Part shown: positions 1 to 9,104 of the stretch, one piece after another
Layout of the letters: each line of letters opens with the position of its first letter
Position numbering within the stretch: the stretch's first letter is position 1
Program-made: the position numbers and the translations under genes
Source: a virus
IMG/VR virus record: IMGVR_UViG_3300002141_000156
Coordinates: 67,121 to 131,120 of that record
Direction: 5' to 3' (one strand)
DNA: 64,000 nucleotides
The notes under the pieces: model-generated
What the model was told of the DNA's origin: nothing
Databases searched by the model: none
Seen by the model: only the letters and a program-made list of their open reading frames with translations

Positions 1-330
1 GTCTCTACGTCTAATGAATTTAAACAGTGTGGAGTCTATGTATATTCGATTGAGGAGGATCCATCTGATGTAATCAATCACAATGATTTTAAAAAGATCT
101 TTTCAAGTACTTCATCTCTAACTCAGACCACATTTGATCTAACTCAGTATTATACGCTACCTACGTCTACTCTATTAATAACAAATTTAAGACTATTCAA
201 TACAATGGTCAAAGAAGAACAACATGATTTTATCCTAAGTCAACAGTTTATTAAAGATGAATCAATGTTACTACTAATTGATAATTGCCGACCACAATTA
301 AATATTCCATATATTGCAAAAAACAGATAA
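1..330 (+). CDS. 3' end of a gene truncated by the window edge; probable virion structural protein
   Basis: Frame 1 is open from base 1 (VSTSNEFKQC...NIPYIAKNR) to TAA at 328-330, directly upstream of the tail-completion-like gene. Confidence 0.6.
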   Translation, partial: VSTSNEFKQCGVYVYSIEEDPSDVINHNDFKKIFSSTSSLTQTTFDLTQYYTLPTSTLLITNLRLFNTMVKEEQHDFILSQQFIKDESMLLLIDNCRPQLNIPYIAKNR

Positions 331-335
331 TCTAA

Positions 336-1121
336 ATGAAGAGTTCAACACATGAAAATATAAGAAATGAGAACATACAAGATGTTTTCATGAGAAATGC
401 CACGCTTACTCTGCTTGATCTGCTAAATCGAAATGTTATTATCGATCTTAAGCGAGATGATGTAGTTATAAAGCATGAGATTCCATTCTTTTACAATTTT
501 GGTGGAGATGAAGGATTTATGAAAGATTTCTTTTTAGAATTACCAACTGATTGTAAATATCCAAGACATGCAGAAGGAAATTATGAACAGATGCCTCGCG
601 GAATCGTGACACTAAGCTCATTTGCAATTAAATCAGCAGATATTACCAATAAATATGTCCGTGGAACTTTTACTCAGGAGACCCGCGATGTAAATGACGA
701 AAAACAGATGAAAGCATTTTCGTCTAGACTATTTACAATGCCAATTTCACTAAAATATGCAGTAAAGATTGAAAGTGATAATATTAATAAGACATTTAAG
801 ATAATTGAAAAGATTTTTGATTTCTATTATAAGAATCAAGTTAAATATTTTCAATTTAGAGGTATTCGTGTTCCAGCACAAATTATATTTCCAGAAAATG
901 CCGACTTCCAAAAGCTCTATTCATTTTCATATACTGATACAAATACTGTTTCAATCACATTAAACTTAGATATAGAAACATATTTCCCTAGCTTTGACGA
1001 TCACTCGACTTTCTACAAAGGAAATACTATTAAACAGATCAATTTACGTGAATCTCAAAGCGGCTCAAATTCGCCACTAGATAACGTGTTTATTGATCCG
1101 GATTTTCCACCATCTGAATAA
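336..1121 (+). CDS. Tail sheath stabilizer / tail completion protein (T4 gp15-like)
   Basis: PRG..L...I and P..LKY.VKI.S....FKIIEKIFDFY patterns resemble the T4 gp15 family; structural gene context. Confidence 0.55.
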   Translation: MKSSTHENIRNENIQDVFMRNATLTLLDLLNRNVIIDLKRDDVVIKHEIPFFYNFGGDEGFMKDFFLELPTDCKYPRHAEGNYEQMPRGIVTLSSFAIKSADITNKYVRGTFTQETRDVNDEKQMKAFSSRLFTMPISLKYAVKIESDNINKTFKIIEKIFDFYYKNQVKYFQFRGIRVPAQIIFPENADFQKLYSFSYTDTNTVSITLNLDIETYFPSFDDHSTFYKGNTIKQINLRESQSGSNSPLDNVFIDPDFPPSE

Positions 1122-1131
1122 ATAATACAAT

Positions 1132-1701
1132 ATGGAGACAAGATTAAAGAGTTTTACCCAATTTATAGGAGAGAGTTTAGAAATTTCAAATCAATTGAAA
1201 TATCATGCTACTCATGAATTATCGATTGCTGAATCAGTCTTTAGACCCGGCAGCCTGGCACATATTCAATTATTAACTGAGACTCGAGATCTTTTTGATG
1301 CTGGCAAAATAAAGCTAGATGAATTAGATAATTCACTGTTTGAACAGACGGATCTTGGAAAAGTTGCACTCCATGAAGGAAGAGTAGTTCCATTGGATCT
1401 AGTACTTGAAGCTGAATATCATGGTAAAAATGTGGAAATCGGTAAGCCTAAGCGCGGTGGAGCTAAGAAATATCACGTGTATGTGTTAAATCCCAAGACC
1501 GGCAAAGTAAAACTAATCTCCTTTGGTGATGTACATGGAGGTCTTACTGCAAAGGTAAGTAATCCTAAAGCTCGAAAATCATTTGCTGCTAGACATAGGT
1601 GTGCTGAAAAAACAGATCGTACTACTGCTGGCTATTGGGCCTGCCGAATCAATCGATACGCGCACCTTTGGGGAGGAAAAACTTATCCTGGATTCTGGTA
1701 A
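1132..1701 (+). CDS. Conserved phage protein (DUF6321-like C-terminal domain) with CTS-like leader
   Basis: KKY.VYV.NPKTGKVK.ISFGD...ARKSFAARHRC...TAGYWACR motif; leader RLKSFTQFIGES; ATAAATA at 1118. Confidence 0.65.
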   Translation: METRLKSFTQFIGESLEISNQLKYHATHELSIAESVFRPGSLAHIQLLTETRDLFDAGKIKLDELDNSLFEQTDLGKVALHEGRVVPLDLVLEAEYHGKNVEIGKPKRGGAKKYHVYVLNPKTGKVKLISFGDVHGGLTAKVSNPKARKSFAARHRCAEKTDRTTAGYWACRINRYAHLWGGKTYPGFW

Positions 1702-1714
1702 AATAATATAAATA

Positions 1715-2269
1715 ATGAAATACATACAACAATATCAACTATTTGAATCCATTACCTCAACTACAGGTAATAAAGTTATTACATATTTAGAGACTGGACA
1801 AGGTTCAAAATACTTAATGACTGATAAAGGAGAGACAAAACGGTGGAAGTCAGATCATGCTAATACTGGAGGTGAGGATCGTGGTCTAAAAAAGTGGCAT
1901 CAAAATTCTTTTTTTATAGATCCAGAATTTGAGAATGAAGCAAACTCGATTTTACACCTAACTAACAAGGGTATGCGACTATCAAATATAGGAATGCATG
2001 TTGAGAATAATAAAGTTAAGATTTATATAATAAAAGATGGTAAATGGGTAATTGGTAATATGTTAGATGCTTATCCAAAATTTGGAAAAGATTCACCACT
2101 AGTCTTTAATTGTGTTGATAAACCAAAAATTGGATATAATATAGTAGAATACAACCTACATGATAATAATTTCTCACTTAAGAATTACCATTTAGGAAGT
2201 CCAGTCACTAAAATTACACCAATTAATGACCTTGATAAAAAAGAATTAGATTTTTTTATAAAAAAGTAA
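1715..2269 (+). CDS. Hypothetical protein with CTS-like leader
   Basis: 184 aa ORF, leader MKYIQQYQLFES. Confidence 0.6.
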   Translation: MKYIQQYQLFESITSTTGNKVITYLETGQGSKYLMTDKGETKRWKSDHANTGGEDRGLKKWHQNSFFIDPEFENEANSILHLTNKGMRLSNIGMHVENNKVKIYIIKDGKWVIGNMLDAYPKFGKDSPLVFNCVDKPKIGYNIVEYNLHDNNFSLKNYHLGSPVTKITPINDLDKKELDFFIKK

Positions 2270-2277
2270 ATATAATA

Positions 2278-2547
2278 ATGCTTCCATTTCAAGAAACTAA
2301 ATTAAGTGATAATGGATTTACCAGAACATTTAGTCAAATAACTGATTTTAGTGAATTTATGTGGCATCGAGACGAAGAAGACAGAATAATTGAAGCAACT
2401 GAACATAGTGATTGGAAAATACAATTAGAGAATCAAATTCCAATTAGCATTAATATGCCAGTTTTAATTAAAAAAGGTGAGTGGCATCGATTAATAAAAG
2501 GTAATGGAAATTTAGAAATAAAAATAGTAAAAAAAGTAGGCAAATAA
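2278..2547 (+). CDS. Small cupin-fold protein
   Basis: WHRDEEDR...WHRLIKG two-motif cupin signature. Confidence 0.6.
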   Translation: MLPFQETKLSDNGFTRTFSQITDFSEFMWHRDEEDRIIEATEHSDWKIQLENQIPISINMPVLIKKGEWHRLIKGNGNLEIKIVKKVGK

Positions 2548-3095
2548 TGTTATTAAATGCAAGACAAAATGGATTTATCTTCTCCTTTCCGCCAGATTAT
2601 TTTAATGATCGAGTAAAGGAGAAATATAAAAAGTATTATCAGAGTTTGATACTACCATATGATAGTATTAATGACTTTATGTCATCTACTATTCAAAGCG
2701 TTGATTTTCCAGGATGGGACATGGAGGTAGCAACTCAGACTAGATTATTTGGTAAGAAACAGGATTTTAAGAATGCTGTTCAGATACCTGACTTATTTAC
2801 TCGAACCTTTTCGATTACATTTAAGCTGACCGATGCTTACTTAAATTACTTTATTTTTCTTGAAAACAGTAAAGACTATTTGAATTTTAGTAATAAGACA
2901 CCGACGTTTCCACCAATGCGACTTTCATTACTTGATAACCAAGGATATCTTGTAGCATCACTTATTTTTCAACGCCCAATACTAGTTGGCCAAGACGGAT
3001 TTAAGCTGTCATATAGTTCAGGTACTCCTGATTTCAAAATATTTACTGCAAAGTTTAAATACTTTGATTTTGATATTGAACTAGATTTTGATTAA
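2547..3095 (+). CDS. Tail tube-related protein (gp3/gp19/gp54-like fold)
   Basis: IQSVDFPG...FSITFKL....NY...FTAKFKY.DF pattern typical of T4-like tube/terminator proteins. Confidence 0.45.
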   Translation: MLLNARQNGFIFSFPPDYFNDRVKEKYKKYYQSLILPYDSINDFMSSTIQSVDFPGWDMEVATQTRLFGKKQDFKNAVQIPDLFTRTFSITFKLTDAYLNYFIFLENSKDYLNFSNKTPTFPPMRLSLLDNQGYLVASLIFQRPILVGQDGFKLSYSSGTPDFKIFTAKFKYFDFDIELDFD

Positions 3096-3176
3096 GAGTC
3101 AGTCCTTGCATGCTAATCAAAGGAGTTAGTTCTAATATTAAACAGGTAGAGAGTTAAAATACTTTACTTTCTGCTA

Positions 3177-4205
3177 TTATTCCTGAACTATTTTATAGGT
3201 TAAATAAATAACTATATCACTATCCCCCGCTGTTGGATTAACACCACCTGATGTTAAATAAACTCCTTTATTTGAAATCAATTGAGTATCTGCTGCTGCA
3301 CTTATACCTTGCTGAGCCGATACACTTATTCTGCTTACTGTAGCATTTAAAGCATTAAAAAAAGTGTGTTGGTCGCTTGTTGCAGTATCAGTATAAACAC
3401 TTGGTGATATACTTACGGCATATGCAGTTGTGTTGAAATCAACCTTACATGATGCACTCAATACCTGAATGTAATATCCTGCACCAGGTGAAGCAATCAA
3501 TAAGTATGGTGTAGTACCCAAATTTAAAACATTCGCACTGGCTATCGAGACAGTCGCTTTGACGATTCCATCTAAACCGCCGGTAAGATCGTAGATATTA
3601 CAATTTTCATCAGTATAATATAGGGTTTGAGTAGTTGCAACAGTTGCTGTTTCGTAACCTAGAGGACCTACCCAAATTATTCCAGTATTTATTGCTGGAC
3701 ATGCTGGAACTGGCGGACTTCCTGCTAATTCATATAGTGTTAAAAATGATGTTGCGTTCGGTTCAGTTAAACTTACCCATCCACGACTTTGAAGATATCC
3801 AATAAAGTCTTCTCCGAATTCTGGACGTTGATTTTGAATCCCAGTGTAAATTATTTCACCAGGAACACCAATCTCTGGCCAATCGTTGAAATCAGTAAAT
3901 CTTTGACGTTTAGTTTCGGCTACTTTAACTAATAATTGTTGTCCTTCTGCACGACCTAAGGAGTCAATTGTAAATGTTGGAATTCCATCTAGGGTCAAGC
4001 TTAGGTTATCAGTAATATTAACAAAATCAAACATTCCACTATATACTTGAAAAGTGTTTAACGTCTCATTATATTTAATATTGTTTAAAAATTCTAAATT
4101 TGCACTAGAAAGACTTGTAAAGTTCAAATTTGTGATATCGATAATTGATGTCAGACTTGAATTTGTTAATTTACGTACAGCCTTTAAATTGTTATAAACA
4201 GGCAT
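3177..4205 (-). CDS. Putative virion structural/fibre protein
   Basis: 342 aa, beta-rich T/S/G composition; C-terminal LIASPGAG...GDSDIVIYLTYKIV module; late promoter at 4226-4232. Confidence 0.5.
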   Translation of the reverse strand: MPVYNNLKAVRKLTNSSLTSIIDITNLNFTSLSSANLEFLNNIKYNETLNTFQVYSGMFDFVNITDNLSLTLDGIPTFTIDSLGRAEGQQLLVKVAETKRQRFTDFNDWPEIGVPGEIIYTGIQNQRPEFGEDFIGYLQSRGWVSLTEPNATSFLTLYELAGSPPVPACPAINTGIIWVGPLGYETATVATTQTLYYTDENCNIYDLTGGLDGIVKATVSIASANVLNLGTTPYLLIASPGAGYYIQVLSASCKVDFNTTAYAVSISPSVYTDTATSDQHTFFNALNATVSRISVSAQQGISAAADTQLISNKGVYLTSGGVNPTAGDSDIVIYLTYKIVQE

Positions 4206-4266
4206 CCTGAGTAAGTTATTTTTATTATTTATTAAAAAATTGGGCAGTTAGAATATAGGTAGCCAA

Positions 4267-5586
4267 TTACTTTTTTATAATTTTTGTTGATTTATCAATC
4301 GTTGAATTTATTGTGAATTTACCTCGATTTACAAGACACTCCTTAAGTTCAGCATTAATCATCTTTGTCTCTGAGTTATCTAGATAGCTCATACTAATCT
4401 CATTTTCTCCACCTAAATAATCACAATTAATTATTTTAGAACCTTTGATTATATTATTTGAGAAAATTGTACACTCTTGTAACTTTGAGTATTTGATTGT
4501 ACACCCTTCAAATAGACATAGGTGTGCATCGGCTTCGATCTGGCACTGATAAAACTCAATACCTTCAATTAAAATACTTTTCTTTAAAACCGCATCTTTT
4601 ACTTGAACTGCTTTTCTTCGACTATCGTAGTTTATTGTAGCTTCAGTGATTCCGCCGCCAACTATTAGCTTAAATACTTTTTCACGCAGAATCGTGTAAT
4701 TTGCTTCAACTATTCGAGGGTCATCCTTTAGGTCAATATATACCGAGATATTTGGGTATAACATTTTAAAATTAAAATAATTACGAGTCCCATCAATTGA
4801 TGTTCTAAACTCATTAACGATAGTATTAATCTTTTTCTTCTCTTCTGCAGTGTATGAATAATTTGAAGATAAGGTTGTAAATAGGTGTTCTATTACAAGA
4901 TTAATTGCAGAAACTGCTTCTTTCTTCTTCTTAGTATAATCTTTGCCACCAATATAATTAATCACTAGGTTACCTTCTCCTAATTCAGAAAAGTCATTTG
5001 CAAAGAAATCTGATTCTGGAAATTTGAATTCAGTCGGGTCCATACGTTCAATAAAACGTTCAGTAACAACAGTATTGTAAATATCCCTAGGTTGAATAAA
5101 ATTTAAGTGATTTTGATATAGTTTACGATTTTCGTTCTGCTGTACTGGCCAAAGGTTAAATAATTCTTCCTCGTTGATTCCAAGCAGATATTTGAACTTG
5201 TTTAATTTGTCAAGTTTAATTGGTAACTTTAATGTTGACTCATCAATACGAATTCTAGTCTTTACTGAACATCGGTCTGTTGTGTACCCAATACTTTCAA
5301 TAACATTCATTGTTTTTAAAAACATGTGAACTGCTTCCTGATATGGTAAAAAACCAGTAGATAGTGTAATCTCTTTGTACCCATTTGAATATCGTGGAGC
5401 CACAGTAAACGATTCATATGTCGGCTCGTTACCTTTTTCAATATCCATAAACCATTTTACGTGTTTACCTAGCGCTCTAGCAAACTTTGCAGCTGCCTCT
5501 CTTTTATTTAGTGGGGTAAAGAATTCAAATACGAAGGATAAACTTGAATTGTCATAAATTTCTTTATTTGAAATTGATTTAAACAT
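4267..5586 (-). CDS. Amidoligase-like protein (apparently degenerate) with C-terminal beta-helix repeats
   Basis: F.FEFF, STG.LPY.EA, GYTTDRCS and YIGGKDY motifs; repeated I..S/C.I pattern at the C-terminus. Confidence 0.45.
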   Translation of the reverse strand: MFKSISNKEIYDNSSLSFVFEFFTPLNKREAAAKFARALGKHVKWFMDIEKGNEPTYESFTVAPRYSNGYKEITLSTGFLPYQEAVHMFLKTMNVIESIGYTTDRCSVKTRIRIDESTLKLPIKLDKLNKFKYLLGINEEELFNLWPVQQNENRKLYQNHLNFIQPRDIYNTVVTERFIERMDPTEFKFPESDFFANDFSELGEGNLVINYIGGKDYTKKKKEAVSAINLVIEHLFTTLSSNYSYTAEEKKKINTIVNEFRTSIDGTRNYFNFKMLYPNISVYIDLKDDPRIVEANYTILREKVFKLIVGGGITEATINYDSRRKAVQVKDAVLKKSILIEGIEFYQCQIEADAHLCLFEGCTIKYSKLQECTIFSNNIIKGSKIINCDYLGGENEISMSYLDNSETKMINAELKECLVNRGKFTINSTIDKSTKIIKK

Positions 5587-5612
5587 GAACTATACCTTTA
5601 TTCTATTTATAC

Positions 5613-5640
5613 AAAAAAGGGAACCAATTGGTTCCCTTTT
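5613..5640. terminator. Rho-independent terminator (bidirectional-type)
   Basis: aaaaaagggaacc-aatt-ggttccctttt perfect inverted repeat downstream of the lipoprotein gene. Confidence 0.75.
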
Positions 5641-5662
5641 AATTTCCGTCAAGTAAGAGTAA

Positions 5663-5845
5663 TTACTTTACTTTCACAACTTTCGCTGTGTCAACTGTCT
5701 TTGCAGTGTCTACTGCTGGGCAGCAAGCACTTGAGTCAACCGCAACTTTAGTAGAATCAACGGTCGCTGTTGTTGCAGGCTCACTGTTGCTTCCACATGA
5801 AGCCAAGATAGACATTGCAATGCATAACGCGATCATCTTTTTCAT
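5663..5845 (-). CDS. Small lipoprotein
   Basis: MKK + hydrophobic stretch + lipobox LASC, followed by VDS/VDT-rich low-complexity tail typical of Bacteroidota small lipoproteins. Confidence 0.75.
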   Translation of the reverse strand: MKKMIALCIAMSILASCGSNSEPATTATVDSTKVAVDSSACCPAVDTAKTVDTAKVVKVK

Positions 5846-5934
5846 AGTAATATTTGTATTTTTTATTATTTATACATTAAAATGACAATATAGTTTTAAA
5901 TTTATTTTTTGGAGTCAATTAATATTAACCTAAT

Positions 5935-5970
5935 AAAAATCGCCAATAGATTTAACTCTATTGGCGAAAA
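5935..5970 (-). terminator. Terminator of the tmRNA gene
   Basis: cgccaataga/tctattggcg 10-bp stem followed by a T run on the minus strand. Confidence 0.75.
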
Positions 5971-5972
5971 CG

Positions 5973-6356
5973 TGGTGGAGTCGGGGGCATACGATAGCCC
6001 CGTCCAAATAACAAATCAGTGAAATTCATTCACAGGCTTAGTCTATTTTTATAAATTGACAAAATATGAAGTTCTAATCGCCAATATTACTTCCAACCGG
6101 GCTCCTATTTCTTATTTCAAGAGTCCATTAAGCGGAGACTCACATGCGAATACATTTGTTTTATATAGGTAAGTATAAGACCTATCTGGTATTAAGCAGC
6201 TACTGCTAAATCAGCACTAACGAAAGACATTGCGTCTTCAAAAGTGAAAGTTGACTTTTCGTCATTTAATTGTTACATAGGTGATTATCGTGTTTCCAAT
6301 GCTAACACGGCCTGCACTTCAAAGAACTAAATTACCTGTCAAAACCGAACGACCCC
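5973..6356 (-). ncRNA. ssrA: tmRNA (SsrA), 384 nt
   Basis: 5' GGGGTCGTTCGGTTTTGACAG; 3' CGACTCC-A-CCA gives a 7-bp acceptor stem with G3.U70 Ala identity; internal tag frame 6263-6192 encodes DEKSTFTFEDAMSFVSADLAVAA-stop. Confidence 0.93.
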
Positions 6357-6423
6357 ATATTTGATAGATCTATATTATCTATCTTGAGTATTATATAGAA
6401 AAGCTTAAAAAAGTTTTTACTGA

Positions 6424-6431
6424 TATAAATA
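6424..6431 (+). promoter_or_regulatory. T4-type late promoter TATAAATA (representative of many ATAAATA copies)
   Basis: Exact T4 late -10 box about 20 bp upstream of the baseplate gene; same core precedes many late genes on both strands. Confidence 0.7.
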
Positions 6432-6451
6432 ATCTAAAGAAATTATACTAA

Positions 6452-8116
6452 ATGGCTAGTGCAACTGAAAATTTTAAAGTCTTTACACGACTTAGCATTT
6501 ATGTTGAGGATATACTCGGACAGTCAATAAATTACTTAACAAGTAAATTTGATCAAAACCGGGTAGTTTTTACGGCAGCCTCACCGTTTGGGCAATTACT
6601 TCTAGTTGTAGAGAATTTAACACAGCTTGTTTTCTACTATATTGAAGATGCAATTACTGAACTCAATATAAACGAGGCAACTCGGTTAACCTCAGTATAT
6701 TCATTAGCCAGCCTTACTGGGCACAATGCAAGCCGTGCAGTCTCAGCAATCGGTGAGATAAAACTTTCTACTAATGCAGACGCAGTTGATGCACCATATG
6801 ATTTTGTAATTGTTCCAAACTTAACTCGATTACGCTGTCTAAATAATGGACTAACCTATATCCTAGATCTTCCACAAGATGAGGTTAAATTTTCATTTAG
6901 CGGCAAGGACAACGGTACCAAATTACAAATTAGGCAAGGAGTTGTTGAAACTCAAACAGTTACTGCAAAAGGAGTAGCAATCGATAGTTTCTCAATCGGT
7001 AGTCCGCAAAACTTCTACGTAGATAATTTCTATGTAAATGTTTACGTGAATGGTGAAAAATGGACAAAATATGATTCTATGCTAGATATGCCTAGGGGAG
7101 ATAAGTCATACATGGTTAAAACTGGAATAACTAGCGGAATAGATCTTTATTTTGGAAATGGTAACTATGGAAAGATTCCAAGCAGCGGTTCAGACATATC
7201 AGTAGAATATCTTGTTACTGAGGGAGCAAACGGAAATATTAGAACAAATGACCCAGGTAAAGTTCAATTTGAATTCATTGATACTGGTTTTAGTATCTTA
7301 GGTGATGAAATCAACTTAAATGATTATATTGATGCTATAACAACACATCCGCCATTCTTTGGTTCAAATCCTGAAGATTCTAATTTGACTCGACTTATTG
7401 CTCCAAGAATGTCGAAAAGCTTTGCTCTAGTTAACGCTGATCACTACGAAGTCTTACTTCGAAAACTTAAACTATTCTCAGTGATTAATGTGTTCCTAGA
7501 TGAAATTGATAATCGAGTGCTCAACCTTTTCTTGATTCCAGATATTAGAAAGACTTTTAGTACTGGCCAAGATTACTTTAATTCTGATCTTGCTAGATTT
7601 ATACTGACTGACTATCAAAAGAATGAACTTCTTAGATATATTGAAAAATCTGGATCAAAGCTTATTTCAACAGACATTAAAATACTTAATCCAGTTCCAA
7701 GTAATTATATTATTAATACCTCAATTATTGTATTTGACGATGTTGATACCGATATTATTAAACGGGATATTTTAAATGTTCTTGGAACTTTCTTTATTCA
7801 AAATACTCGTAGAAATCGTGTTCCAAAGAGTGATTTAATTAAAATTATTGAAGGCGTAAATGGAGTAGATTCAGTATCGGTAAATATTGTTTCACAAAAG
7901 AATGAGATTGCAAAAATTGCAAATCCAAAAGCGACAGATATTGGACTGGATGAATTTAATGATATTGTGACACTTGATGTAGAGCTTCCATTAATTCGAG
8001 GAGGATTCTCAGATCGTTTTGGAAATGCATACGCTACTGGACTTTCTGAAGAAGGTCTAGGCTCAGTAAATATTCAAATAAAATCAATAGTACCTCGACC
8101 AAAAACATCATATTAA
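6452..8116 (+). CDS. Baseplate wedge protein (T4 gp6 / baseplate J-like)
   Basis: INEATRLTSVYSLASLTG, LYFGNGNYGKIP, VEYLVTEG.NGN, ALV...HYE and IEGVNGVDSV motifs. Confidence 0.85.
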   Translation: MASATENFKVFTRLSIYVEDILGQSINYLTSKFDQNRVVFTAASPFGQLLLVVENLTQLVFYYIEDAITELNINEATRLTSVYSLASLTGHNASRAVSAIGEIKLSTNADAVDAPYDFVIVPNLTRLRCLNNGLTYILDLPQDEVKFSFSGKDNGTKLQIRQGVVETQTVTAKGVAIDSFSIGSPQNFYVDNFYVNVYVNGEKWTKYDSMLDMPRGDKSYMVKTGITSGIDLYFGNGNYGKIPSSGSDISVEYLVTEGANGNIRTNDPGKVQFEFIDTGFSILGDEINLNDYIDAITTHPPFFGSNPEDSNLTRLIAPRMSKSFALVNADHYEVLLRKLKLFSVINVFLDEIDNRVLNLFLIPDIRKTFSTGQDYFNSDLARFILTDYQKNELLRYIEKSGSKLISTDIKILNPVPSNYIINTSIIVFDDVDTDIIKRDILNVLGTFFIQNTRRNRVPKSDLIKIIEGVNGVDSVSVNIVSQKNEIAKIANPKATDIGLDEFNDIVTLDVELPLIRGGFSDRFGNAYATGLSEEGLGSVNIQIKSIVPRPKTSY

Positions 8117-8117
8117 A

Positions 8118-8363
8118 ATGGTAAAAAACAGCATATTTAGACCGATTCTTGAAAGACGTGAAAAGAGACTTCACACCGGGTTCAATTACAAAGGCCAAAT
8201 ACTTAAGCGCTCACTATCATCGCAAATGTTCAATGTGAATGAAACACTAAATTCATATTTGTCAAGTATAGATAGCATCATCTATGAATGGGTCGAAGCA
8301 GTAAAACAGATTAAAATACACGTAAACCCTGCACTAGACAAGTATGAAAATAAAATAAAGTAA
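8118..8363 (+). CDS. Hypothetical protein (baseplate-associated?)
   Basis: 81 aa ORF tightly packed between the baseplate and terminase genes. Confidence 0.55.
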   Translation: MVKNSIFRPILERREKRLHTGFNYKGQILKRSLSSQMFNVNETLNSYLSSIDSIIYEWVEAVKQIKIHVNPALDKYENKIK

Positions 8364-8367
8364 TTTC

Positions 8368-9099
8368 ATGTCAAATAAACAAGGTGGAATAGACAAAGAA
8401 AATAGACGACACTTAAAAGACGAGATACAGGCACTATTGGGTTCAATTGGTACTGAAAATCAAAATGATTTAGTTATAGATTCTGAGATTTCTAATGAGA
8501 CTCGTGCTGAGAGCCCATATGACTTTGAGGAAATGAGCAGCCAATTCACGAAAAAAGCTCGTGAAATAACAAATTCGTTATTCAAAAATTACGTAGATAT
8601 TGGAATTTTTGAAGAAAGTGACTATGCAAAACACAAGAAAGAACTCGATACAATTAACATTTCAAACTTATTCTTTCAGCTGAAGACTATTAAAATCACC
8701 ATCATTAAAGTGATGGAAGAAATAACTTCAGGTAATACGCATCCCCGATTAATCGAGGTCATGGGACAATTACAAGATAAAATGGCTGCAGTCACTAAAA
8801 TGCAGGCAAATTATATCATCTTCTTAGAAGAAACATATCAAAAATTAAACCGCGATAAGCCAGTAAATGATGATGCACAAACGGTCGGCTCTAGCCCAGA
8901 AGAAGGCCAGTTCTTTATTACTGTAGGAACTAAAAACGTTACAAAAAGCTTACCGATATCTTCCCAAGATCGTCAGAAAGGAAAAGTATCGGGTAATTTA
9001 ATTAATCCTAATAATAAATCGGATCTCATGAAAGAACACAATATTGAGCTCGAACAAGAAGACACTGATGATTTCATCGATCTTACTGAAATAATTTAA
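8368..9099 (+). CDS. terS: Terminase small subunit (T4 gp16-like)
   Basis: HPRLIEVMGQL resembles the gp16 HPRxYEVxGQL motif; immediately upstream of TerL. Confidence 0.7.
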   Translation: MSNKQGGIDKENRRHLKDEIQALLGSIGTENQNDLVIDSEISNETRAESPYDFEEMSSQFTKKAREITNSLFKNYVDIGIFEESDYAKHKKELDTINISNLFFQLKTIKITIIKVMEEITSGNTHPRLIEVMGQLQDKMAAVTKMQANYIIFLEETYQKLNRDKPVNDDAQTVGSSPEEGQFFITVGTKNVTKSLPISSQDRQKGKVSGNLINPNNKSDLMKEHNIELEQEDTDDFIDLTEII

Positions 9100-9104
9100 G
9101 GACA

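Noticed and set aside
5973-6005. Stand-alone tRNA gene
   Set aside because: The CCA-ending arm pairs with a 5' end about 380 nt away and encloses a tag ORF, so it is the tmRNA; no separate tRNA was recognised
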